The position numbers and the translations under genes are program-made. 20,000 bases of DNA, from IMG/VR virus record IMGVR_UViG_3300035093_000027; one strand, given 5' to 3'. The notes under the pieces were generated by a model. The model saw nothing but the letters and a program-made list of their open reading frames with translations, had not been told where the DNA came from and did not search any database. Numbering within the stretch: the first letter of the stretch is position 1; every line of letters begins with the position of its first letter. Source of the stretch: an uncultured virus (IMG/VR IMGVR_UViG_3300035093_000027). Lineage: Duplodnaviria > Heunggongvirae > Uroviricota > Caudoviricetes. Positions 1 to 8,271 of the stretch are shown here, piece by piece.

Positions 1-2
1 TC

Positions 3-1883
3 TTGCCCGCCGGTCGTCGAGCTCGCCGAGCCAGACGCCGAGCCGGCTACGGCATGGGCCTGAGTGCGGGCATGGTGGCGAACCCGATCCCCGCTGACGC
101 GTTGCCGGTGACGAGCAATCTGGCGGTGCCGCCGGCAGGCGCATCGACGTTCGTGTACGCGCCCAACGGAGCGACGCCGGGAGCGGCCGCGTACCGGGTG
201 AGCAACGGGCTGTCGACGCCGGTGACGATCACCGCGATCTTCAACGATCCGAGCGGCGTGTACGCGCGCGTCAACGCGAACGTCGCCGCCGCCTTCGGTC
301 CGTCGCTGACGGGAGGATTCGGAGAAGTGCTCGCTCCGTTCTCGCAGGGCTCGAGCGTGCGCACGACGAGCGGCTCGCCGGTACGCTCGGCTAATCCACC
401 GCCGAAGCCCGGCGGGTCGCCCGGGCCGCTCATGAACTACGTCGGCTCAGGCTGGGTGTGGCCCTTGGCCGACTTGTTCCCGACGGAAGGCGCGTTCGTC
501 TACTACTTGAAGGCGCTCGGCTACGACGCCTCCGGACTGAACGTGCTCTCCGCGGAGAACATGGAGGCGGTGCGCAACTTCCAATCCGATCATTATCCGA
601 CGCACATCGACGGACTGATCGGCCTCCAGACGATCTCGGCGCTGCACGGTCCCGTGGTGGAACTGCTGCAAGGCGGACTGCCGCGCTACGTGCCAAAGAC
701 GAGCGGCGCGAGTCGCCGCCGATCGAGCGGTGCCACCCGCAACCCGGCCGATCCATGGGACGCCAGCACGTGGGAGTGGCTGCCCGCGACGTTCTTCGAT
801 GGTCCGCCGACTACGACGACGAGAAGGTGGATCAAGCTGGTCGCAGTGGACACGCCGTCGCCGACTCCTCCGTCTCTTCCTGGTCCGGGGAAGCCGCCAT
901 CGCCTTCGGGATGGTATGGACACGGCGGAGACTACGTCGCGAAGCTGATGAAGAACTTCGGAGCGACGCAGGAGGACGTCATCGCCGTGATCCGCACGCG
1001 ACCGCGTCCCGGAGGTGGCACCGAGATGCAAGCGGCCGTCGTCAGACACCTCCCCAGATCCAGCGGCGCCAGTCGTCGCCGATCGAGCGGCGCGTCGCGC
1101 AACGCGATGCGTGGAGGCGGAGGCAGTTTTGCCGGCGGCGGCGGACTTCGCCAGAGCAACCCCTGCGGCTGCACTGCAAAGGCCGAGAACCCCGACGACT
1201 GCACGGTCGTGTACGAGAACGGGCAGGCGTTGCTGTGCTGCGGGCCGTCGGCGACGTGCGCGAGGCTGCCGATTCTGAGTCCCCAAGACGTCGATCTGCT
1301 GCTGGCCGAGCTCCCGATCGGGACGTATCGACCGCTCGCGCGTCTGTCACGACGAGCTCGCAAGGCCGTTGAGCGCGCGGCCGCGTATGCCCATGGCGCA
1401 GGCGACGTGCTGTCGGGCCGGCAGCGCAACCAGGTACACCACGGCAACAGCGGAACCGACTTCGGCACCGTCGCACGACGCTCGCAGTTGCTCGCCGAGT
1501 GCGCGGACGTCCTGTCGGGTCGCATGCAGAACCAGGCGCATCACGGCAAGACGGGACATGACTTCGGTACGGTCGAGCGTCGCCGCAGCAACCCAGATGC
1601 TTCGGTGAACGCGTGCTTCATCGATCTCTCGGCGCTGCGCCTGCACTGCCCCGGATCTCCGCTGCACGGCGTCGTCGTCACGGACGTGGAAGAGATCGGC
1701 CAAACCGGATCCGGCGAGGGCACGGTCGTGATGGCCTCGTACATCGATCCGACGACCGGCGTCGAGACCATCGACGCAGTCGTCGTGATGGCCGACCAAG
1801 GCGTGCCGTGGTGGGAGAGCGACGGCCACTGCTGTGAGTCGTGCGCACTCGGCGAAGGCTGCACCGACTGCGAGGCCGCCTGA
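3..1883 (+). CDS. Large multi-module protein, probably 5'-truncated, with a peptidoglycan-binding-like (PG_binding_1) domain, internal repeats and a Cys-rich C-terminus
   Basis: Open from the window edge; YYLKALGY...AVRNFQ...IDGLIGLQTISAL (about 501-647) fits the PG_binding_1 pattern; six NP motifs; ends HCCESCALGEGCTDC; TGATG overlap with the next gene. Confidence 0.75.
   Translation: MPAGRRARRARRRAGYGMGLSAGMVANPIPADALPVTSNLAVPPAGASTFVYAPNGATPGAAAYRVSNGLSTPVTITAIFNDPSGVYARVNANVAAAFGPSLTGGFGEVLAPFSQGSSVRTTSGSPVRSANPPPKPGGSPGPLMNYVGSGWVWPLADLFPTEGAFVYYLKALGYDASGLNVLSAENMEAVRNFQSDHYPTHIDGLIGLQTISALHGPVVELLQGGLPRYVPKTSGASRRRSSGATRNPADPWDASTWEWLPATFFDGPPTTTTRRWIKLVAVDTPSPTPPSLPGPGKPPSPSGWYGHGGDYVAKLMKNFGATQEDVIAVIRTRPRPGGGTEMQAAVVRHLPRSSGASRRRSSGASRNAMRGGGGSFAGGGGLRQSNPCGCTAKAENPDDCTVVYENGQALLCCGPSATCARLPILSPQDVDLLLAELPIGTYRPLARLSRRARKAVERAAAYAHGAGDVLSGRQRNQVHHGNSGTDFGTVARRSQLLAECADVLSGRMQNQAHHGKTGHDFGTVERRRSNPDASVNACFIDLSALRLHCPGSPLHGVVVTDVEEIGQTGSGEGTVVMASYIDPTTGVETIDAVVVMADQGVPWWESDGHCCESCALGEGCTDCEAA
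702..1103 (+). repeat. Dispersed in-frame repeat SGASRRRSSGA(T/S)RN (702-743 and 1062-1103)
   Basis: Two near-identical 42-bp copies exactly 360 bp apart. Confidence 0.85.
1404..1583 (+). repeat. Tandem in-frame repeat DVLSGRxxNQxHHGxxGxDFGTVxRR (period 102 bp)
   Basis: Copies start at 1404 and 1506, with clear identity at protein and DNA level. Confidence 0.85.
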
Positions 1884-2755
1884 TGCTGAACCATCCTCCG
1901 CTCCCGAGCGCGTTCGACATGGTGATCGTCGCGCCATCGGCGGATCCGTTCCTCCAGCGCTGGTTGCCGCCCGGTCCGCGACGCAACCAGCCGATCGTCG
2001 TGGGCTCGGGCTACTCGCAGGTCCGTGCCCTTCGCGCGATGACGATGCAAACCGGCTACTCCCTGCACTCGGGCGATCAGACCGAGAACCCGCAGCCGGT
2101 CGGAGTGTGGCATCACGTCTCGATCTCTGCGCTCGAAACGTTTCAGCCACCGGGTACCACGATCGACGGGTTGAACCTGGTGGGACTGCCGGACATCGGC
2201 AACCAATCCTCGCTGCTGAAGGCGCGGATCAAGCTCTCCATGGGCAACGCGCGCGCCCGGACCTTCGACTTCGACATCGGCGCAGGCGTTGAGTTCAAGG
2301 TGCGCGCGTACGCGGTGCTCGGCATCGATGCGCTCGTGCCCGACCCGGAAGGCGGCGGCGTTGCACCGGAAGACGTCAGCGCCAACCCTCGAGCGCTCGC
2401 GACGTTCGTGACCACGGCGGTGTACTGCAGCGCGAGCAACAGCACGGAGAAGAACCCGCTCACCTACTCGCAGGTCTTCCTACTCGCCGACAACCAGGTG
2501 ACGATGCCCGTCGTCGCCGGCGCCAGGCAGGTGCAGTTCTTCGCGACCGAGGACACGACGGTCGAGTTCTCGTACGTCTTCGAGAACCCCATCGTCGCGT
2601 CCAGCGTCTACCCCACCGGACGCGTCATCATCTCGTCGGTGCTGGTCGAGTCCGGGATCCCAAGTCCGATCCTCTTCATCCCCGTCAACGTGAACGCGTT
2701 CACGGTGCCCAACGGATCCGGCCAGCTCAACATCGTCCAGATCCTGAACGCGTGA
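1883..2755 (+). CDS. Beta-strand-rich hypothetical protein (290 aa), candidate virion structural protein
   Basis: ATG at 1883 overlaps the upstream TGA; V/I/F/T-rich alternating pattern; function inferred only. Confidence 0.7.
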   Translation: MLNHPPLPSAFDMVIVAPSADPFLQRWLPPGPRRNQPIVVGSGYSQVRALRAMTMQTGYSLHSGDQTENPQPVGVWHHVSISALETFQPPGTTIDGLNLVGLPDIGNQSSLLKARIKLSMGNARARTFDFDIGAGVEFKVRAYAVLGIDALVPDPEGGGVAPEDVSANPRALATFVTTAVYCSASNSTEKNPLTYSQVFLLADNQVTMPVVAGARQVQFFATEDTTVEFSYVFENPIVASSVYPTGRVIISSVLVESGIPSPILFIPVNVNAFTVPNGSGQLNIVQILNA

Positions 2756-2762
2756 GGTACCC

Positions 2763-3287
2763 ATGGCGCGACACAGCATGAACAAGATGAACCGCGCCCT
2801 GCTCGACCGAGCATCCGCGAATCCTGCAGCGATCGCCGAAGCTGCGATGGGGTCGGGCGTGCTCCCCGAGCACAACCCGGCACCGATCCAGAACCCTGGC
2901 CCGATCAACTACCCCGGCCTGCCGCCGAAGCCGACGACCCCCGGCAACATTTCAGCGAACCTGCTGTCGGCTGCGCAGCAGACGTGGCTGAAGCGCCGCG
3001 CGCTGTGGTTCGCGTCGGCGCTGCAGCAGATGACGGGCGACTCGATCGACGATCCCGACATCATCGATCGCACAGCCTACCTCGCTGCGGTGGCGCTGGT
3101 CGGCGACGACTACGATCCTCTCACGCAAGGCATTACGCCAGGGTGGACCGACGAGCAGTGGTCGGCGGCGTACAACTACGTCAAGACCTCGCTCGTGCAG
3201 TGGTGGCACACCGCCTACGACGCGACGCCCGCATCCAAGCACCAAGGACACATCGAGATCGACTCGATGAGCTACGGGGTGCGCTGA
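2763..3287 (+). CDS. Hypothetical protein with NP-containing leader; paralog of the downstream gene
   Basis: GAGG RBS before ATG; TGATG coupling to the next gene; shares L..RA...PD.I...A..AA..L.GDD.D...A..Y pattern with 3287-3691. Confidence 0.75.
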   Translation: MARHSMNKMNRALLDRASANPAAIAEAAMGSGVLPEHNPAPIQNPGPINYPGLPPKPTTPGNISANLLSAAQQTWLKRRALWFASALQQMTGDSIDDPDIIDRTAYLAAVALVGDDYDPLTQGITPGWTDEQWSAAYNYVKTSLVQWWHTAYDATPASKHQGHIEIDSMSYGVR

Positions 3288-3691
3288 TGTACAAGTCGAT
3301 GTTCAAGATGGCGTCGCGCCACCCGATCCGCTACGCGCAACTCGCCGCGCTCGGGGCTGTCGCAACTCCGATGCCGACGACACCCGTCGCGCCGATGCGC
3401 TCGGAGGTGCCCAGCCCGCCGCGACGCTCGGGCGCCTACCGAGCGCTGACGACGAGCGACAAGGCGTACCTGGCCAACCGCGCCGAGCGCATGCGCAACG
3501 TCTACTTCTTCTTCGCCGAGAGCAGCACGTCGCGGCTCAACCCCGATCAGATCGGCTTCATCGCATCGATGGCCGCGACCGGACTGCTCGGTGACGACGG
3601 CGACGCCGGCACGCGGCACGCTCGCAAGTTCGGGCAGGCGATCCAGTACGCGAGCGCCTGGCTGCGCGACCACCAGCTCGGACCGATCTGA
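3287..3691 (+). CDS. Hypothetical protein (134 aa); paralog of the upstream gene
   Basis: ATG at 3287 in a TGATG overlap, in frame with ORF 2984..3691. Confidence 0.75.
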   Translation: MYKSMFKMASRHPIRYAQLAALGAVATPMPTTPVAPMRSEVPSPPRRSGAYRALTTSDKAYLANRAERMRNVYFFFAESSTSRLNPDQIGFIASMAATGLLGDDGDAGTRHARKFGQAIQYASAWLRDHQLGPI

Positions 3692-4354
3692 ATGCTGCTC
3701 ACGCTCCACCTGTGCATGCCGTCGGGCGACGGATCGCGCGCGACCTACCAGGACGCGCTCGAGATCGTGCAGGCCGACAACCGCAGGGTGATCCGAGCGA
3801 TGCTCAACCGAGGCGACGACATCCCGGACACCGTCGCCGACTGGAACCTGGGGTACGCGCCCGAGCAGCGTCGCAACGACGCGTACGGCAATCCGATGAT
3901 GGACATCTACGGCATCGCCGCGTGCGTCGAGCGAGGGCTGTTCTCCTGTGGATGCGCCGCCGCGCTCGAGGCCGCGGTGCTTGAGGAGAAGTACGGCGTG
4001 CGCGCCCTCGCGACCTCCGTGCCGCAGGCCGACAACGACTTCCACGCCGTGGTGGTGTCCGAGCTCGGCGTGCACGACCCGGTCGCCAACTTCCAGCGCG
4101 GCCTGCAGCACCACATCCCGTCGCGTCCCAAGCGACGCGTCAAGCCGCAGTCGTGCGACATCGGGCCGGACGGTCGCGTACACTGTGACGTGCCCGCGTC
4201 GTGCTACATCGACCAGCGCGGCAAGTGGCACTGTCCCGACGTTCCGGGGCTGACCGATCGACGCGAGAAGATCGCGAGCGTGCACCGCTCGCCAGGCGGA
4301 CAGCAGTGGGCCCGCATGCAAAACGGCGCCGTGGCGCCGATGAGGCGCCGATGA
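3692..4354 (+). CDS. Putative transglutaminase/papain-like cysteine protease with a Cys-rich C-terminal extension
   Basis: GLFSC86GCAAALEAAVL helix, then DFH118AVVV and GVHD129PV: order and spacing of a transglutaminase-like Cys-His-Asp triad; ATG immediately follows the upstream TGA. Confidence 0.6.
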   Translation: MLLTLHLCMPSGDGSRATYQDALEIVQADNRRVIRAMLNRGDDIPDTVADWNLGYAPEQRRNDAYGNPMMDIYGIAACVERGLFSCGCAAALEAAVLEEKYGVRALATSVPQADNDFHAVVVSELGVHDPVANFQRGLQHHIPSRPKRRVKPQSCDIGPDGRVHCDVPASCYIDQRGKWHCPDVPGLTDRREKIASVHRSPGGQQWARMQNGAVAPMRRR

Positions 4355-4401
4355 GCAACTCCATACACGCCGAGGGCGCGAAGCCCAAGAAGAGGTGAAG
4401 C

Positions 4402-4779
4402 ATGCATCCGTCGCTCTTTCCGTTCCTAAATCCGCAAGTGCAGCAACTGATGGTGCCGCGTGGCGCCGCACAGAGCTCGATGGGGGCGTTCGTGTGCGCT
4501 GAGCACACGGAGGACGGGTGCAGAGCATCGAAGTGGGTCAGCACGGGCACAGCCAGTCCTTGTGGACCTGACGGAGAAGTCTGCGGCTCATCGTCGCCAG
4601 GTGATCCTCCAGTCTGCTGCTACACCGGATCGCCGCAAGTCGCGGCGTACCAAGCTCAACTGCAATCGCTGGCGTACCAAGCCCCGCAGCGCATGAGAAC
4701 GAAGCGCCCCATCCTCCGTGCTCAACTCGCCGCGCAGAATCCTCCGGACCCGGAGATCCGCTCCACGAGAAGGCGCTGA
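4402..4779 (+). CDS. Small Cys-rich hypothetical protein
   Basis: AGAGGT RBS; six Cys clustered centrally; QNP near a basic C-terminus. Confidence 0.55.
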   Translation: MHPSLFPFLNPQVQQLMVPRGAAQSSMGAFVCAEHTEDGCRASKWVSTGTASPCGPDGEVCGSSSPGDPPVCCYTGSPQVAAYQAQLQSLAYQAPQRMRTKRPILRAQLAAQNPPDPEIRSTRRR

Positions 4780-4795
4780 AGAAGGCGGCGACAGG

Positions 4796-5284
4796 ATGAG
4801 CAAGCGACGACGCAACCAAGAAGAGGCGAAGAGCAACAAGGTCGCCTTCATCCTCGGCGCACTCGGAGCGGGCGCAGGTCTCGGCGTGGGCTACTGGATC
4901 GCGACGACCAAGTCTGCGCGCGACGCCGCCGACAAGCTCACGCAGGGATGGCGGATCCCGCAGCCCGACTTTCGCGTGCACGTCCCCGAGGAGCCGAACG
5001 ACTTCCAGCGTCTCGACGACGAGATCTGCGACTGCGCCGAGCCGATCTTGGCCGAGGTGGCCGAGGACGCGGACTTCTCGGTCGTCATCGACGAGATCCG
5101 GCTGTGCGTTGCGCGGCGTCTGTATCCCGACCTCGAGTGGCCGCCGGTGCCCGGCGATCACCCGAGCGTGGCCCAGCTCTGGAGCGAGGTCGGGTTCATG
5201 GTGCGCCGGGCCATCATCACCGACATGGTGTGCGACTCGCCGATCGCACCACCGCATCCGATTCCGATCCCTGAGGCGACATGA
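4796..5284 (+). CDS. Membrane-anchored hypothetical protein (162 aa)
   Basis: MSKRRRNQ leader, then hydrophobic VAFILGALGAGAGLGVGYWIA; ATGA overlap with the next gene. Confidence 0.75.
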   Translation: MSKRRRNQEEAKSNKVAFILGALGAGAGLGVGYWIATTKSARDAADKLTQGWRIPQPDFRVHVPEEPNDFQRLDDEICDCAEPILAEVAEDADFSVVIDEIRLCVARRLYPDLEWPPVPGDHPSVAQLWSEVGFMVRRAIITDMVCDSPIAPPHPIPIPEAT

Positions 5285-6171
5285 GACGACGACCACTCCA
5301 GCGGAAGCCGAACCCGTCAGGCGCGACGTGGGCCGTGCTCGCGGCCGGCTCCGCTGCGGCCGTGGGTCTCGGCGCCTACGCGTGGAGGCGACGCCGGCCC
5401 GGCACGATGCCGACCGAGCCGCCCAAGCCCGTCGAGCCCACCTCGACACCGCGCGAGTGGACGTGGCACCGCGCGACCGATCCGGGCTACCCGTGGCTCG
5501 AGCCCACGCTGCACGTCGAGAACTATCCGACGCCCGGCATGTTCTTCGACGTCGGCGACGACACAGGCGCCTTCGATCCGAGCCAAGGCTTCGATGCGCT
5601 CGTCACTGCACTGCTTGGATCGGCCCTCGTAATGGCGGGCTGGGATCCGCAGCGTGCGATCGCGGTGGCGAAAGCACAGGGCCAGGATCCGGACGCGCTG
5701 CTCGGACGCACGATGCGACGCGACGTCCGACGCGCGCTCATCATGCCGGGCTCGTGGAACGACAAGATGTTCGGGCAGACCAACGCCAACTACGCAGGCG
5801 GCACCGATCCGGGCAAGGCGTGCACGGGAGGCTCGACCAACGCGCCGTGCAACGACGGGATCCGCGATCCGAACGCGATGCCGGTGCGCTACATGATGAA
5901 CACCGCCGGCCGCGGCCTGAACTGGCTGCCGCGGCACACCGACGTCATGGATGCGATCGCTGCAGGACAGACGCCGGTACGAGGCACGACGATCACCGGT
6001 GAGCCGTTCGCGGGGGCGCACTCGCACATGCTCCTGTGGATGCCGGCGTTCGACCTGGGGGCGCTGGCGGAGCCGAGCTCGACCGTGCGGGTGCTGTCGT
6101 CCGGCGGCGATCCGCCGCCCGTGGTGACCGATCTCGGCATCGACATGCACGGGGTCAGCCTGGCGGCGTAG
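5281..6171 (+). CDS. Membrane-anchored hypothetical protein (296 aa)
   Basis: Basic leader RKPNP, TM segment TWAVLAAGSAAAVGLGAYAW, Pro-rich linker, globular domain. Confidence 0.8.
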   Translation: MRRRPLQRKPNPSGATWAVLAAGSAAAVGLGAYAWRRRRPGTMPTEPPKPVEPTSTPREWTWHRATDPGYPWLEPTLHVENYPTPGMFFDVGDDTGAFDPSQGFDALVTALLGSALVMAGWDPQRAIAVAKAQGQDPDALLGRTMRRDVRRALIMPGSWNDKMFGQTNANYAGGTDPGKACTGGSTNAPCNDGIRDPNAMPVRYMMNTAGRGLNWLPRHTDVMDAIAAGQTPVRGTTITGEPFAGAHSHMLLWMPAFDLGALAEPSSTVRVLSSGGDPPPVVTDLGIDMHGVSLAA

Positions 6172-6180
6172 GATCGGCCG

Positions 6181-6537
6181 ATGGCCGGTCCACTGATGCT
6201 CCTGGGATTTCGTCGTGACGACGACGGCATGTACACGATCGTCGATCCTACCGGCGTCGATCACATGGCCTGCGACGTCCTGAGCGTCGGTCGGATCGTC
6301 ACCAAGCTCGTGCAGGATCCGGAGATGCCGCGGGCGAACCCCGAGGCCATCGAGCGCAACCCCGTCGTCGACGTCGCCGCACGCGTCGCTCGTCGGGTCG
6401 CGCCCGAGAAGTCCGCCCTGATGGACATGCTCGAGCCGCTGGCGCACCTCGTGACCAACGAGGTGTCGAAGAAAGTCGCGGCGCGACCCCGGCGCAACCC
6501 GGCAGGACGTCGCCGACGGGCGCAGAATCGCATGTGA
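6181..6537 (+). CDS. Hypothetical protein with basic RRNP tail
   Basis: AGGA before ATG; three NP motifs; last gene before the convergent island. Confidence 0.7.
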   Translation: MAGPLMLLGFRRDDDGMYTIVDPTGVDHMACDVLSVGRIVTKLVQDPEMPRANPEAIERNPVVDVAARVARRVAPEKSALMDMLEPLAHLVTNEVSKKVAARPRRNPAGRRRRAQNRM

Positions 6538-6613
6538 TGGGGGCGCGGGCGGCCCCGCGCGGGGCAAAGGTCGTAGCCCGCGAGCGCCGGGTGCTCCGGC
6601 CTCACCAGCGGAA

Positions 6614-6850
6614 TCAGACGTACACGCGGTAGATGCTCGCCACCGCCCGTGCACCGTCGTCGTTGAGGCTCGACTCCTCGTCGCGCCACACAAGCACGCG
6701 GCCATCGTCGAGGTCGCCCTCGGTCGCGATCTCCTCGCCGTACACCGAGCGCAGAGACGCAAGCGCCGCGTCGAGGTCGGCGAACTTGTCGACTTGGCTG
6801 GTGTGCGAGTAGCGGACGCGGATCTCGGCGGCGGTCTTCGTCGTGGGCAT
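6614..6850 (-). CDS. Small acidic phage-type hypothetical protein (78 aa)
   Basis: AGGAG RBS upstream of ATG on the - strand; protein-like composition. Confidence 0.7.
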   Translation of the reverse strand: MPTTKTAAEIRVRYSHTSQVDKFADLDAALASLRSVYGEEIATEGDLDDGRVLVWRDEESSLNDDGARAVASIYRVYV

Positions 6851-6881
6851 GATGTCTACTCCTACGTGCGGAATGGTCCGG

Positions 6882-7079
6882 TCATTCGGCTCCGCATGCG
6901 CTCAACCGCATGCGGAGCTTCGCGGATCCTCGTTGGCCGACCTCGCATGCCAAGGCTGAGGCGATCCGCGACGACTCGACCACAGGCAGAACCGGAGCAT
7001 GTAGTTCGGCGCGCACGGAAGCGCGCACGGGGCCCGAAGGTGCGGAAGGACTCGGTAGCGGATCGTCATCGGTTGTCAC
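6882..7079 (-). CDS. Possible small hypothetical protein (65 aa)
   Basis: GTG at 7079 overlaps the TGA of 7076-7414 (GTGA); sequence is low-complexity and could be non-coding. Confidence 0.25.
   Translation of the reverse strand: MTTDDDPLPSPSAPSGPVRASVRAELHAPVLPVVESSRIASALACEVGQRGSAKLRMRLSACGAE
6889..6918. promoter_or_regulatory. Perfect 12-bp inverted repeat GCTCCGCATGCG-N6-CGCATGCGGAGC; possible operator or hairpin
   Basis: Arms are exact reverse complements, each containing palindromic CGCATGCG; about 40 bp upstream of the 6850 start. Confidence 0.55.
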
Positions 7080-7414
7080 CGCTCGATGTCCATCGGACGC
7101 AGCGGCGCAGTGCGTCCTGTCGCGCGTGTCATCGCATTGTGGAAGATGTTGCGTAGTGCGCCGTGAATCTCGTTGAACGTCTCGTTGTCGATCCGACCAC
7201 GCCATCGCGCGGTGAAGTCTTCGATCCGGTGCCGCCACAACAGCGTGAGCACTTCAGCGGCGCAGCGGTGGTCCTTCATCCGCGTCGCGACGCCCATGAG
7301 GTCGTGATGGATCCGCTCGAACTGCTGCCGCAGGCGTCTGTCGCTGCGCATGACCTCGACCGACGCTGGTCGGGTCTGCAACTCGGGGATCGACACTGCC
7401 CACTGATCGCTCAC
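7076..7414 (-). CDS. Helical hypothetical protein (112 aa)
   Basis: GTG start 10 bp after the doc stop with AGGTGG upstream; amphipathic helices. Confidence 0.6.
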   Translation of the reverse strand: MSDQWAVSIPELQTRPASVEVMRSDRRLRQQFERIHHDLMGVATRMKDHRCAAEVLTLLWRHRIEDFTARWRGRIDNETFNEIHGALRNIFHNAMTRATGRTAPLRPMDIER

Positions 7415-7424
7415 GTGGCCCCAC

Positions 7425-7838
7425 CTACTCGATCTCGTTCCACTCGCCCATCGCGGCGGCGAAGCGTTTGCTCAACACGTCATGGCTCGTCAGCCCCTGC
7501 GCAACGTCGACCATGACATCTTGGAAACCGACGAAGTTATCCAGCATGTCATCGTACCCGTTCAGCGTCAGGAACGTGAGCGCTATGCCAAGCCCGGTAC
7601 GCTTGTTGCCATCGACGAAAGCATGAGACGTGGAGATGTAGAAGGCGTAAGCAGCAGCGATCTCAGCAAGCGAACCCAGGAGAAGCTCTCCATCCCAAGT
7701 TGCTTCGACCGCCATCATCGAACCCTCGAGCGCGTTTGGACGAGCGAGGCCATGGGCGCCTCCATACCGTTCGATGGCCTCGTCATGGACGACGATCGCT
7801 TCAGCGATCGACAGAAATCGGATGTCTTCCTCTCTCAT
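7425..7838 (-). CDS. doc: Type II toxin, death-on-curing (Doc/Fic) family
   Basis: Doc motif HAFVDGNKRT; N-terminal FLSIAEAIVVHDEAIERYGG...LEGS typical of Doc; ATGA overlap with the antitoxin. Confidence 0.92.
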   Translation of the reverse strand: MREEDIRFLSIAEAIVVHDEAIERYGGAHGLARPNALEGSMMAVEATWDGELLLGSLAEIAAAYAFYISTSHAFVDGNKRTGLGIALTFLTLNGYDDMLDNFVGFQDVMVDVAQGLTSHDVLSKRFAAAMGEWNEIE

Positions 7839-8065
7839 CGATCGGCGAGATCGCGGAAGGTGGAGTCATGCACACGGAAGACCTCGGCAAGGGCTCTCCG
7901 AAAGTCCCGATCCCGTGTGCGCTCGGCAGGCGAACGCACGGCTACTCCGGATGCGAGTTGCTCGAGTTCGACGCTCTTGCCGATCTGCCATCCGAGGCTG
8001 TTGGCGATCGCCGCGGGGATCATGACCGCGCGTCCGTTGCCGTGCTTGACGATCTTGGCCTTCAT
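7835..8065 (-). CDS. AbrB/MazE/SpoVT-family antitoxin (76 aa)
   Basis: MKAKIVKHGNGRAVMIPAAIANSLGWQIGKSVEL is a swapped-hairpin AbrB signature; C-terminal HDSTFRDLADR resembles Doc-partner antitoxins; directly upstream of doc. Confidence 0.88.
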   Translation of the reverse strand: MKAKIVKHGNGRAVMIPAAIANSLGWQIGKSVELEQLASGVAVRSPAERTRDRDFRRALAEVFRVHDSTFRDLADR

Positions 8066-8104
8066 GGTCGACCATGGTCTACCACGGTCGACGCAGAGGA
8101 TCAA
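8063..8104 (-). promoter_or_regulatory. Putative sigma70-type TA promoter (TTGATC-N17-TAGACC, extended TG) with overlapping operator repeats
   Basis: -35 at 8104-8099, -10 at 8081-8076; three 10-bp units CA(T/C)GGTC(G/T)AC at 8063-8092, including palindrome CATGGTCGACCATG over the start codon. Confidence 0.6.
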
Positions 8105-8271
8105 CTGCATCGGTACTCGTTGTTGTGGACGACGTAGCGCAAGCGCGGACTGAAAATGGTCTCGCCGTGCGCTCAGAAGACTCGTGATCGCCTCGAATCC
8201 GAGGATCCTCGCGTGTTCGGGCGGACTCGTGACAAACGCGCCGTTTGCTGGTGGGTTCGGGCGCAGCGCCC

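Noticed and set aside
4351..4398. 15-codon mini-ORF MSNSIHAEGAKPKKR overlapping the upstream stop (ATGA)
   Set aside because: Too short to support; may only be a coupling spacer
6552..6565. Palindrome GCCCCGCGCGGGGC between convergent genes as an intrinsic terminator
   Set aside because: No U-tract downstream on either strand; position is suggestive but support is insufficient
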